Origin: Haliotis cracherodii
Taxonomy: Eukaryota
Direction: 5' to 3'
Assembly: GCF_022045235.1 (NCBI RefSeq)
Contig: NW_027266264.1
Location: 56,048,001-56,112,000 of the forward strand
DNA: 64,000 nt
Made by a program: the position numbers and the translations under genes
Part shown: positions 50,381 to 64,000 of the stretch, piece after piece
How the letters are laid out: each line of letters starts with the position of its first letter
Numbering within the stretch: position 1 is the first letter of the stretch
The notes under the pieces: model-generated
What the model was told of the DNA's origin: nothing
Database searches by the model: none
Seen by the model: the letters and a program-made list of their open reading frames with translations, nothing else

Positions 50381-50645
50381 GTGAGTGAGTTGGGTGTAAC
50401 AGTTTTACAGTTATATCCCGGCATGTCAGCTTAATGTGGGAGGAAAGCCCGAAGTGATGCAGGTCTCAGATGTTTACCACTTCGGTGCAACCCACAAGCA
50501 CAGCTATGGTGCTGACAAACCTAGATACATAATCGGGGCGAACCATGATTCGAACCCACAATCATAGGTTTCTGGCGCGCCCAAGGGATGCAACTCTGCA
50601 TAGCGAATCACAGCCCCTAAGACGACTGGGCCACCCATGCCCCCA
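50381..50645 (-). mobile_element. SINE family C copy
   Basis: Reverse complement of 26231-26476 (GATTCGAACCCACAATCATAGGTTTCTGG..CCAAGGGATGCAAC..GCCACCCATGCCCCC). Confidence 0.85.
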
Positions 50646-50854
50646 GAAGTTAATGAACACCTGATTCTTTCATATGAATATTCAGTCTGTCATGCCATGA
50701 CAGATTAACTTTAGTCATGGAAGAATTGGGTATTCTTTAACTTCTTTTGAGTGATATATGTCACTGTTATTTGTATAAGATACGCTTTCATTGACTGACA
50801 TACGATGCACACTGTTCATATCTGCATGACATATATTACTGTGTTATTCCTATG

Positions 50855-53595
50855 TACACCACTTCATCTCTACACCACTCCATCTCTACACCTAACCCAT
50901 CTCTATACCACCCCATCTCTACACCACTCCATCTCTACACCTAACCCATCTCTATACCACCCCATCTCTACACCACTCCATCTCTACACCTAACCCATCT
51001 CTATACCACCCCATCTCTACACCACTCCATCTCTACACCACTCCATCTCTGCACCACTCCATCTCTTCACCTAACCTATCTCTATACCACTCCATCTATA
51101 CACCCACCCCATCTATACACCACTCTATCTCTACACCACTCCATCTCTGCACCACTCCATCTCTACACCACTCCATCTCTACACCACTCCATCTCTACAC
51201 CACTCCATCTCTCTACCACTCCATCTCTGCACCACTCCATCTCTACACCACTCCATCTCTAGACCACCCCATCTCTGCACCACTCCATCTCTATACCACT
51301 CCATCTCTGCACCACTCCATCTCTACACCACTCCATCTCTACACCACTCCATCTCTATACCACTCCATCTCTGCACCACTCCATCTCTGCACCACTCCAT
51401 CTCTACACCACTCCATCTCTATACCACTCCATCTCTGCACCACTCCATCTCTACACCACTCCATCTCTACACCACTCCATCTCTATACCTAACCCATCTC
51501 TGCACCACTCCATCTCTACACCACTCCATCTCTACACCACCCCATCTCTGCACCACTCCATCTCTATACCACTCCATCTCTGCACCACTCCATCTCTACA
51601 CCACTCCATCTCTACACCACTCCATCTCTACACCACTCCATCTCTATACCACTCCATCTCTGCACCACTCCATCTCTACACCACCCCATCTATACACCAC
51701 TCTATCTCTGCACCACTCCATCTCTGCACCACTCCATCTCTACACCACTCCATCTCAACACCGCTCCATCTCTGCACCACTCCATCTCTACACCACTCCA
51801 TCTCTGCACCACTCCATCTCTGCACCACTCCATCTCTACACCTAACCTATCTCTACACCACTCCATCTCTACACCACTCCATCTCTACACCACTCCATCT
51901 CAACACCGCTCCATCTCTGCACCACTCCATCTCTACACCACTCCATCTATACACCCACCCCATCTATACACCACTCTATCTCTACACCACTCCATCTCTG
52001 CACCACTCCATCTCTACACCACTCCATCTCTGCACCACTCCATCTCTACACCACTCCATCTCTACACCACTCCATCTCAACACCGCTCCATCTCTGCACC
52101 ACTCCATCTCTACACCACTCCATCTATACACCCACCCCATCTATACACCACTCTATCTCTACACCACTCCATCTCTGCACCACTCCATCTCTACACCACT
52201 CCATCTCTGCACCACTCCATCTATACACCACTCCATCTCTGCACCACTCCATCTCTACTACTCCACTCCATCTCTGCACCACTCCATCTCTACACCACTC
52301 CATCTCTACACCTAACCCATCTCTACACCACTCCATCTCAACACCACTCCATCTCTGCATCACTCCATCTCTACACCACTCCATCTCTGCACCACTCCAT
52401 CTCTACACCACTCCATCTCTGCACCACTCCATCTCTGCACCACTCCATCTCTACACCTAACCCATCTCTACACCACTCCATCTCTACACCACTCCATCTC
52501 TACACCACTCCATCTCAACACCGCTCCATCTCTGCACCACTCCATCTCTACACCACTCCATCTCTACACCACTCCATCTCTACACCACTCCATCTCTACA
52601 CCGCTCCATCTCTGCACCACTCCATCTCTACACCCACCCAATCTATACACCACTCTATCTCTACACCACTCCATCTCTGCACCACTCCATCTCTACACCA
52701 CTCCATCTCTGCACCACTCCATCTCTACACCTAACCCATCTCTACACCACTCCATCTCAACACCACTCCATCTCTGCATCACTCCATCTCTACACCACTC
52801 CATCTCTACACCACTCCATCTCTACACCTAACCTATCTCTATACCACTCCATCTATACACCCACCCCATCTATACACCACTCCATCTCTACACCACTCCA
52901 TCACTGCACCACTCCATCTCTACACCACTCCATCTCTACACCACCGCATCTCTGCACCACTCCACCTACACCTAACCCATCTCTACACCACTCCATCTCA
53001 ACACCACTCCATCTCTGCATCACTCCATCTCTACACCACTCCATCTCTGCACCACTCCATCTCTACACCACTCCATCTCTGCACCACTCCATCTCTGCAC
53101 CACTCCATCTCTACACCTAACCCATCTCTACACCACTCCATCTCTACACCACTCCATCTCTACACCACTCCATCTCAACACCGCTCCATCTCTGCACCAC
53201 TCCATCTCTACACCACTCCATCTATACACCCACCCCATCTATACACCACTCTATCTCTACACCACTCCATCTCTGCACCACTCCATCTCTACACCACTCC
53301 ATCTCTGCACCACTCCATCTCTACACCTAACCCATCTCTACACCACTCCATCTCAACACCACTCCATCTCTGCATCACTCCATCTCTACACCACTCCATC
53401 TCTACACCACTCCATCTCTACACCTAACCTATCTCTATACCACTCCATCTATACACCCACCCCATCTATACACCACTCCATCTCTACACCACTCCATCTC
53501 TGCACCACTCCATCTCTACACCACTCCATCTCTACACCACCGCATCTCTGCACCACTCCACCTACACCTAACCCATCTCTACACCACCCATCTCT
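50855..53595 (+). repeat. 16-bp satellite (ACACCACTCCATCTCT)n, about 2.7 kb
   Basis: Continuous periodic array with recurring variants (GCACC.., CCTAACCC, CAACACCGC). Confidence 0.97.
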
Positions 53596-56500
53596 CATTT
53601 ACTGATGCAAACAATTAATATATATAAGATACACAGTGTAGATATCTGCATCAGATGTGATAGCCAGGATGATACGCATGGACTGCATCCCAACTGAGTG
53701 TGCTTGCAAGCCACCACGTTATACATGAATCCAGTAGGTCACTCATTCAGTTAGGCTGTGGCTAGTTGACAGGGAATCACATTTTCTGCCTTATCTGGAA
53801 ATAATGTAATACCCTTGTTCTGAATTGAACCAATATCCTTCCATCACAACTGGGAAAATGTTGTTAGCATGCTCGAAATCCTGCTGAGCACCTCCTGACG
53901 AAGGGCTCCAGAACACCATTGACCACATAACTAAAATCATGATCATCAGTTAAAATCATGTTCATTTGCTGTCATCAACTCCAGCACCTAAATGTTCTTG
54001 AAGAAATAAAGTTGATGTGCAATAATATATTTTCTCAAGATTAAGTGTTTTTACATCAAGCACTCCCTTCTTGATAACCATTTGCTAAATGGTCCAGTGG
54101 AGAGCTCCAAATGCTATCAATTCTCCAAAAGCATTTATTTTTTACAAGAACCATGATAATTTTTTGTACCACAGCATCTGTAATCTACCATGACTCACCC
54201 CCCAAAATATGTTTATGTCTTGATGCTGAGCAGAAAGATTCCAAACACTGTGTGATACAGGAATTAAGTAATTACCAGTGTATGTGTGTCACATCCGATG
54301 TGTGTCAGAGCTGGTGTGCCATGAGCACATATAAGCATAATCTTTGTGTATATGTGTGCGATAGTTCATTCCTTACTGTCTCCGCCATCTGTTGATGCTG
54401 ATTGTTGAGCCATCTCACATTGCTTGTGAAGGAAAATAAATCCACTTACCTAAAAGAAAAGAAAAAATTCATGATTACAACAAGAACACTTAAACAGGAG
54501 TTTTCCATTGTAAAGAAGGTTGATAAATGAAGCATTGTGAGACAGGATTCTGAGAATGGGATGAAGCGTACAGTCATGGGGTCAGTAGGTGATGTACGTC
54601 ACATTCAGTTGTTCTTGGTGGAACTGGGATACTACATCACAAATATCATCATCAAACACTACATCCATCATAGGAATCTTTTGTGTAGGATCTATGATTC
54701 ATGTAATACAATATTATATATGTGTCTGAGCTAGGATTTAAAATATGCCGTTTTGATAATGCGATAGAGGAATGGCATTCATCTCTAACATTCCCTGCTG
54801 TCAAGTTATGGTTATAGTTGGGACCTTCAGACGCGTCCAATCAAATGTTAGTTGTGGTTATGACACGTTACTGAAATGGTATTCTTGACAACTAGTCATT
54901 ATGAACAATACAGTTGAATAATGTACAATTTTATATTTTACTGAGGCAAGTATTAATTTCATTGAAAGTATGATTTTGTGAATGAAGGAATACAGAAATG
55001 TTTAAGTGGGTGAATAAAACATGTTATGGAAAAGAGATGAAGGAAGCTATATCCACTATGATTAGGCTATGTCAGTATAATTTATTATTTTAAATAAAAC
55101 CAACAATACCTTTTTTTGTTACAGTTCAGTCAATTTGATTTTCTTACAAAATACATGAACCAAAATAAACACCAAATAATATTAACAAGGACATTGCTAT
55201 CGTTCTATTTTTCATTTTTTAAACTTTTGCAAATGTATTGTGGGCATGTCCCTTGAAGAAAAAAATAGCTGACCAGGCCTGACAATACATTTACATCTAA
55301 ACATAAATGTCAGGGCTATTCATACTTGTATCCATCACTGAAAATGGAAGACGTGATAAACTTAGCCACCATCAATAAATAATGGTTATGTATGCATCCA
55401 GTCTACCAACACAATGTCCTTTGAATGAATCAAAGAAAATGAAGATCTCTAGCAAGGCAATAACATGATTAAGTGCATCTGTCTGTAAGGCCACAAAAAA
55501 TAATCCCCTCCCACAAACATCAACACACTCATTGGCACCACCCATTCTGTGCCAGGTGCTGTGGTCTAGAATTGCAGGAGACATTGACATTTTGGTTTGG
55601 TTCCTTCTCTAAATACATTCCATCCAAGGGGTCAGACAGAATGTTTTTTAGTGTTCTATGTGTGAGAAATAAGAACACAGCCTCCAAGCCAAACACTGAT
55701 GGAATAACATGGCAATAAAAATGGTAATTGTTGGTGCTAATTAGAGAATCACCAATTCCCCATCCAAGCTAGTTAATTGACTCCATCATACCTAATAACT
55801 TAGTAATAGAAGGAACTGATGTGGAAAATCCTACATTTCCTGCCAGAATGATTGGTAATTAGAAGGATTAGCCCTAATATACTTCAGTGAATTGTTAAAG
55901 TGACTAGCATGTTGATGGGGAACATTGGGAATGTTAATGTAAAAGTTACATGAATACAATGCACTTCACGCAAACATGGAACCATCATTAATGAATGGTG
56001 AAAATAGGTGGAATCTAAATACCTATCATTTTCATTCATTTTAGATACCTTCATGTTATTACCTTGCATTTCAGTTGCTACATACAGAAGGCAAGATGTG
56101 TACACATCTTTAAATTCAAAATAAATCCAATCAGAAAATACAATATTAATATCAACATTTTTGCTGAATCTAAAACCAAATTAATACAATTTTTTTATGA
56201 AGTTCTATTTTAGAATTCAATAGATTAATGTTAAAAACATATATAAGTCTTTAAAGGATCAAATAATAAACAAATGGTGAAGTAAAATCATGTTCTGACG
56301 TTCCCTAGCATGATAATAATGCAATATAAAATGCAGCTCACTTTTTTTCATAAGTAAAATCACAGTTTTTAAACCATAAGGACTATAAACTATTTAAAAA
56401 AAAGTCATGATTAATGTTTCTTGAGACTGCCAACTATTCTATTTTGAAATTGTGACTTTCTGTAAAATTAAACTTGCATATAAAAAGTACACTAAAGATG

Positions 56501-59500
56501 AGATCTATAACCTTTTGTGAAAGTCATGAAATTTGACATTAGCTCCCATATTGCAATGACCTTTGGAGTCCTTCTCATTAAACTCTGACTTTCTCATCTA
56601 ACAAAAAAAATTGGTTACATCTTACACTGAAAACAACCAAACCTTTTACCATTAATTAAAAAAAATCGTCCTTTTTATTTAACAAAAGACAATACCGTTC
56701 ATGTTATTTTCTTAATATTAACCACACATCACATACCACTATGTTTCATAATGCTTTCCTACCGAGTAATTGGTTCTTGACAACCATGTTGAGTTTCAGC
56801 CTGTTAACAAGTTGATCCGGAGGTAATGTTGCCTGAATAAGAAGGCGATGATGATCTGTCACCAAACTGAGCAGTCGACAAATACCCAGCAGCTAGGACA
56901 AGCCAGGAGAAGCCATTGAGGTTCCTACAAGTCTTTGAAGCTCGATAGCTAATTAGGACTCCTGTCATTTTGCTTCAAGTTGGAGATTTCAGGACCATGG
57001 AACTAGGGCATGACTACAAGCAACAATTATGTGACATTTTTTCTGTGATCAACATCACACTTTCAATACTGTTTAACCTTTCGACAAATTAGAAAATTAC
57101 CTGTTTTCTTCAAACAAATTGAATTTGTTAATACCAGGCAATTTGGTAACAATACATTTTTATACACATATTGTATTATAATATTGTATTTTCTAATTGG
57201 AATTATTTTTAAATTTAAATGTGTACACATCTTGCCTTCTGTATGTAGTATTGTTTATAAAGGAAACAGAAATCATATATTTTTTATAATTCAACCTCCC
57301 ATACACCTCAAATCCTATCTCTGACTCTCAAGTCAGCATTTTATCATATAATGCATAGATCATATAGGTGTTCACGTTCATTGGGGAAGATTAACTCGGA
57401 TATGCCAGAAAATTACAGATGTTATCCTGATGACTATCTGCAGATTGCCCTTGTGGTCATACTCTGGGAAGCCTTGTGGTGGTAACGAGGTTGATTAACC
57501 AGATTCCAGGGGGAACCTTTCAGATGGCTAGTCAGATATGGATATGTATCTTGTTCTTGCAAATTGGCTGCAAATACTGTGTTGTTATAGACCATCAGGC
57601 TGTTTCATTGATTGATAAATATGCACTCAGCAATACCTCAGTTTTCATATCCACGACACAGTCACAATACATTCATTACATGAGGACTTTGAATGCAAAT
57701 GAACAATTTGTGATGTGAGAATACAGATTCTTTTGGACAATTTTCATGAGAAAAAAGGCTTTTAAAGACACCATGACAAATTCTTGACCAATACTGTCAT
57801 CAAAAGTTCTAGATAAGTGATTCAATTAAGAATGTGTAAGCTAGTGAAAGGGAGATAACTGTGTTGAAGAAATGCAAGGAGAGTTAACTCCCTTCTATGA
57901 AATAATATTATGCAGCTTTGAAGACAGTTGCTTCATTCTGTCTGGAAGTAGCTTTTTTCAAGTATATTAAGTTGTTCTATGTTTTCGATGAGCCAAAGGA
58001 GTTATATTTGAGTTCAATATGCTACTTGCTTGTTGTACATTGAACAAAATGCCAAGTAATACTGCTTTGAGACATTTCCACTTTGATGTTTGTCTTTGCC
58101 TGTTCTAGGAGTTGGTCTTGTAAGTGGAACCCCTTTTACACAGCTGCTCCCCTGGGAACAACAGCCTTAAACATGGATTACACTGCTCAGCCATTGTAAA
58201 CATTAAATCTGCAAGAAAGCTCCTTGGAAAATCAATTTAATTTTTTTTTTTACTCAAAGGCTTTGATGCCTTGTCTTGCTCTGTGCTGTCCTCAATCTAT
58301 TTCTGAGGATGCCTGTGTCTTTTTACCTGTGCTCTCGGGTCTTTCAATAATTGGTATCAATAACTTCCTTTTCTCACCTTTAGCCATTAGCAGATCAACA
58401 GGTTCTTATTGCTTTGATCAGCAAGGTTAACCATTTTGCTTTGGTAAAATAAGAACTAATTCAAAACAATATGGTCTTGTCAAAATTGTGCAATGTGCCT
58501 GCATCAGAATCCTTTGGTGTCTACATTTTACAGCTTTTGAGCTACAATCATGCAAGCATACTCTTTCTATGAAGATTCCAAAGAGTGTCAAAACTCTTGC
58601 TCAAGAGTTGTTTGATCGGGGTTAGTAAAGGCCTCAGTAAAGCTTTCAAAATGTTTCATGGTAGACATGTTAAGGATATTTCCTAATTTGACACATCCGT
58701 GACCAAAATTATGTCCGATGCAATTCCTTATTTTCACTTGTACCATATGTTCTTGTGAACAATTGATATGCCTTTGCATGTGTTTGTGACAGTTGCTATT
58801 GGTCGGGCAGCATACACTCACCTTTTCACAATCACTTGGTATCATCACAGCTTGATAGTGATTCATAAAGACATGCTCCTGATTAAATCAGAATCAAACA
58901 ATGGACTCTGCTTTTAGCCGAAATTTCTTATGAATATGGAAAGGTTTTGTGACCTTTAATTATTATGTTTTTTTTTGCATTGATATGTTATACAATTTGT
59001 TGCAGTATTCAGTCTGTTTGAGCAAGTGTTCATCCTATTAATGATTTGCCATTTGGAAAAGGAATATATTTAGGCCTGTCAACATCTATAATTATTTTGT
59101 TAAGTGTGCAAGAAGTGGATGTTAAGTGATACACGATTTTGTAAACATCTCCATGAATCCATAGCATCATCAGACTGACTCACATAAACCTGAAACCTAG
59201 TTCTTTTTATCACATGTTTCAAAACATGAAGTTAACACAAAAACATCCTTTTTTGACATACATGTAATAGCAGTTTAACTGTCAAGGCTGTTTGCTACCT
59301 GTTGGTTTTATATCAAGATGGGTGGCACAATCATGCTTAGTGTCAATGAAAATATTAGAATCTACACCTGGAAGCGCTGGGACTGCCTTGCCTGTTTGCA
59401 CTGAATGTTAAAGGTAAACTGGGCTCTCGTGGGCAAACACAACACAGTCGTCCCACCTCTGTCAACAACAGATTTCTTATGTTGACATGATAATCTGCTT

Positions 59501-59537
59501 CATAGCGCACATACCCAGTGCTGTGACACTTAGAATC

Positions 59538-60169
59538 GGCATACTGTAAAACCTAGGATGAGGTCTGGGTCTTGGGCTGGGCATATGGGCTTGTGTCTTG
59601 GACTTGTTTGGGTTTCTTTGATAGGCATTTAGAAGTTGGAGTACTAAGTAAGGATAAGAATTTATGGATGAACAACTTCTTTATTACAATTAAGAGCGAC
59701 GTTTCGGTGTAGGTTGATAACGGTGTTAGAACCTACACCGAAACGTCGCTCTTAATTGAAATAAAGAAGTTGTTCATCCATAAATTCTTATCCTTACTTG
59801 TTTGGGTTCACATCATATGTTTTCTCTCTGAAGCTGAACTTCGTGGACATACCACTACTATCCATGAATGCTTTCACTGAATTTTTAAAAAAATAAAGAA
59901 TTCAAAATCTTTCTCATTGGCTATACCTTGTACATATTTCAAAGCTTGCACATAAAAATATCATCTGCTGGAAAAATCAAAAATCTGTGATTGCTGCCAT
60001 AATGGGTCCAGACTCCGGATTCTCCTGCAGCTGGGCAGATGTTATCACGTGACATATGTCCCAACACAGTTTCGGGGGTTTTGTTTACATAGTCCATCTG
60101 ATAGTACGAGAGACCCCAGCCCAAGACCCCAGAACCCATCCCACCCCACCCCAGGTTTTACAGTATGCC
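59538..60169. mobile_element. Non-autonomous DNA transposon with a 9-bp TSD (MuDR- or Merlin-like)
   Basis: TIRs GGCATACTGTAAAACCT/AGGTTTTACAGTATGCC, subterminal GGGTCTTGGGCTGGG/CCCAGCCCAAGACCC, and TSD CTTAGAATC/CCTAGAATC (59529-59537, 60170-60178). Confidence 0.8.
59646..59799. repeat. Near-perfect palindrome, 70-bp arms with a 14-nt spacer (probable Penelope-like element terminus)
   Basis: 59646-59715 is the reverse complement of 59730-59799 with one mismatch. ACTTGTTTGGGTT is duplicated at 59602-59614 and 59796-59808. Confidence 0.9.
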
Positions 60170-61307
60170 CCTAGAATCAACCTTCATTATTGAACAAAAA
60201 CCTAAATGTGTGAGTGATAATGAGTTTGGTTTCAAACAGCTTTGAACAGTTTTATATAGTTATAGATGGTGTATCAGCTTGAAGCTGAAACAAAGGAGGT
60301 TGAAGACTTCAGCTGTTTTGGAGAAATACATGAGCATTTTATGGTGCTGACTGAGGATTGTAGTCAGGGTTGATTTGGGATTCGAACCCATGACCTGGTC
60401 AGGATACAACTAACTTTCTAGACAGTGGTTTAGTATAGATTAGGTGGGGGCATTGCTCATTTGGTAAACTGTCATTGGAACAAGCATGATGAGCCTATTT
60501 TATGGAAAAGTTGGTACAGTTAGATAACATCAATTTCTAATGGGACGCAACAATCTTTATTTATGTGTGAGTGGTGGTGCTACCACTAGGGCAGAATATG
60601 CTTACCCTTTTTGTGAGCACCTGGTGTCATCACTGATTGTCAGTGGTCCATTTATAGAATACCAATGTTATACCTTTCCTGCCCTGTGGGTCTGCTTTGT
60701 GTGTGTGTGTGTGTGGTTGTTGTTGTTTTTTTTGGGGTGGGGGTTGGGTTGTCAGGTATGGGTTGGTGCATGTTTGATTTCATAGGATTTATCTCACAGC
60801 TTGAAACTTTTTGTATTTTGATTTAAACTTTTAAATGTTTCAATAACCCATAAATTGATGCAGGATTATAAACATATGTAAACGGCTACCCTATTTAGCA
60901 TGTTATTATTTTACATGTTTAATTTGCAAGACATAAGGATTTGATTTGGTCTAAAACATGCTCATTAAAAGCATTGCCAACCTATTTTACGCAGTTAAAA
61001 CATTAAAAATAGATTTTCTTTCAACTATGAAGTATAAAAATGTATAAAGATCACATGCATTGTCCAAATATTTTACTCAGAAATGAACACAAAAAATGTT
61101 TCCTTATAAAGTAAGAAACTGAATGAAGCATTTTACAGTTAATATCTTCGGATGGTATTTTTTCCCTAGTTGCATTAGTACAGCTGCTGGTGTAGACGAC
61201 ACAATCTTGTGTCACATGCTGTAGGAAAACAAGAACTATGTGATGCCCTCAAGGGGTACACACATCAACAAGTGTTTTATATTTTATATGTTATGCAATC
61301 CTATCTT

Positions 61308-61549
61308 CCCGTCATGGGGATGCTGTGTTAGAATTGGTTCCCAGCAACTGGTTCTGGTTGTAAGGGCCAACTTATGGATCTTGGGGTCAGGCTCGGTGAC
61401 TTTGTCAATTGTGTGTCCTTGTACCTTGATGGCATGGTTCATATGCTCACAATATCAATCACTGGATTTTCTGTCCCAGATTCGATTTTTTACAGGCTGC
61501 TGTCATATGACTGGAATATTGCTGAGTGTGGCATTAAACAACAAACAAA
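61308..61549 (+). mobile_element. SINE family A, diverged
   Basis: GTTAGAATTGG..CAGCAAC...GCTCACAATATCAATCACTGGATT...CTGGAATATTGCTGAGTGTGGCATTAAACAACAAAC. Confidence 0.75.
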
Positions 61550-64000
61550 GCATTCCTGTCTGCAAGTCCTGAAAATCATGAATCGCAGACAGTTTGTTGT
61601 CTTGAGAGTCCGGACAGTTTCCAGTGAAGTCATCTAGTTCCTCGATTAAAGAATCATTGTTTGTACTAAGCTTCCTATAATTATGTATTGCATTACCAAA
61701 AATATTGTTTAGGAGGAGGGTACACCAGACAAACAGCATCCAGATTATCAAGGTTTCACTCTATCATATACTGAAACACTTTGAAATGGACATAAAAATT
61801 CTTGTAAGGTACAAAAAATCAAATTATGTTGCTCTGTGTATTAAGATAATTAAACACAACAATGTTGTCATTCGGTTCAAATCTTATTCAGGGTGTTTCA
61901 GGAGGAACTTTCTCACAAAAACTCATCGTGTCTGATGCTTGAAGATATGATTATTCGTTTTCATTATGTCTCAGTATATATTCATTGTGTTTCCTGTCAT
62001 CATCAATATATTCAGTGCACAAACTTCTCATTCCTAAACGTGCCCAGACAGAAATCCTACAAAAACGTTATATTGGGCCATAACTTTGAATATTCAATGA
62101 ACTGTTCATTAATCCATTGTATGAACATGTGTTTCCTAACGTTTTATGTCAGTGAGTTTGTATCTATTAGTGTTGTTGTTTATGAAGCATGATGCTTTGC
62201 ATCGACAAATGAAATCAATATGATCATTCTTCCATGAGGTAGACCTGCATTGAATAACAGTTTGGGAAGAAACACAAATGCTTAATTGAGAGCAACCATT
62301 GTGTTTTCGCAACTCATGATGGAACCATGGAAGCTTATATTTTGGTGATGATAATTTTTTTTATTTCTTTATATGAGGAAACAAAAGGAAAGGTTCAATA
62401 TCGGAAACTAAATTATACATATACTTGCGTGGGTATTTTGCATAACAAGTGTGAAATTAGATTTTCCTGTTGAGCGGAACCGAGTGTCTCTATCAGCTGC
62501 AGGCATGAGAGGTCATGCATATATCCATTTCTGAAGATACAACTAGGCTATAATGCAGGGCAGGAAATCTTGCTTGTCATACATCATGCATGATAAGAAA
62601 ACTATAACTGTAAATATTCAAGTTAGAAGATATTATCCATATGCTCCTGTTTATCATATAGTGTGACTTTAAGCACACAACTCATACCCATCATTATAAG
62701 AATTAAGCCAGGCTGAAGATGGCCACCAAGGGACCCAAAACTCTTATTTGCATTTAAACAATTTAGATTTTCAATTCAATTTTCTGTTTGCTTGCAAACT
62801 TGATGTTCTGTACTCACGTAATGCTGGTTATTTTCAATTCCATTAAGTGATGGACATTGGTTTGAAGATGAATGTCTTTTTGAGATATTGATATTTTTTT
62901 TTTATTCAGAAACACACAAAAAGTTTGATCCAGGATTATTTTGACACAGTAGGTAGCATGTTAGTCAAGCGCCCTATAATACCATATATTCTATATTATC
63001 AGAATCATTGTTGGTATTGAGTTCGTTGTAAATTGATTAACATGATTACACTTTTTGACTAGAACTGCATAGTACTAATCATCTTTAGATTCTGTTATGG
63101 CTAAGGGACACAACTCTGCATAAGAAATTGTGGCTGCGATACACATACCTCCTTTGGTCAAATGGAATTTGATCTACATTATCAGAGGAGACTGTTCCTT
63201 CTTTTGTAACCATTGTTTTAATGGCATATTAATTATGGATGTGAAGTCGAGCAGGTCATGGTTATAGTCCTATTGTACCATAAAACCTTAACTAAAAACA
63301 TAGATCAAGTCATCTGTACTTCAAGACAAGCAGAGTGTCAATTGCAGACTGTATGTGAAAGAAAGACCCAACAGCGACTATTAGATTACATCTGGCTAAT
63401 TGAGTTAAAGTTAATGACATGCCTTCAACTATAAATACATTGTGAATAATTGGTTTCAATTTTGTCCATAAAATACTTCCTACAAAATATTGTATTCTAT
63501 GGATTGTACTTCATAATCACTTGAACCAGTTTCTTCATAAGGCAAACCTTATAACACTCCATTGGTTAAACACTGACACAGCGATTGATTGACAACGAAG
63601 AGAGAAGCTGATCGAAGATGTCATCCTTGTGCTGAACATGAATAGTTAACAGTGTCCATACAGTTTCCCGAAATACCAGGCAAATGAAGATTATTATATC
63701 CAGATAATTATTTACAATGGTGTGAGAAAAAATGAAGGTTATTAAGTTACTTGGAACATTGTAGGATCTGGTATATTATGGGTTGTCTGCAGATTACAGA
63801 GACTCGACTAACTGGCTACTATGAAGGGAACTTTTGACTTTTTGACGACTCTGGAACCTGATTACAACCATAGAATATCGCAAATGGGAAACATTTATTT
63901 CAAGCCTCACTGTAAGTGGGGAAGTTTTTGTTTGAGTGTTGACCTGTGACTGTGAGTTCAGAGGACACACCTGCATCCATGGATCACTGGAGAATTATGT

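Overview
This is AT-rich, repeat-dense eukaryotic DNA with two N-gaps, probably an intron or intergenic stretch of a mollusc genome (the SINE/MITE content looks gastropod- or abalone-like; this is inference). No host protein-coding gene can be supported. The dominant feature is a complete 5,596-bp LTR retroelement on the minus strand (11355-16950). It has two identical 189-bp LTRs and one uninterrupted 1,616-aa Gag-PR-RT-RNaseH-IN ORF. It breaks several LTR-retrotransposon rules: LTR termini are 5'-CG...CG-3' rather than TG...CA, the target-site duplication is only 3 bp (AAG), the RT catalytic motif is LADD rather than YxDD, the zinc knuckle is CX2CX9HX4C, the tRNA-Leu PBS is flush with the LTR, and the PPT is set 6 nt back from it. 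From memory, this matches the little-studied 'Troyka' group of Gypsy-like elements. The rest of the window holds three SINE families with a shared 3' tail, several MITE families (8-, 9- and 3-bp TSDs, often nested), a 27-bp minisatellite expanded inside a SINE, a 70-bp-arm palindrome with a hammerhead-like core (Penelope-like), other tandem arrays and decayed retroelement fragments.
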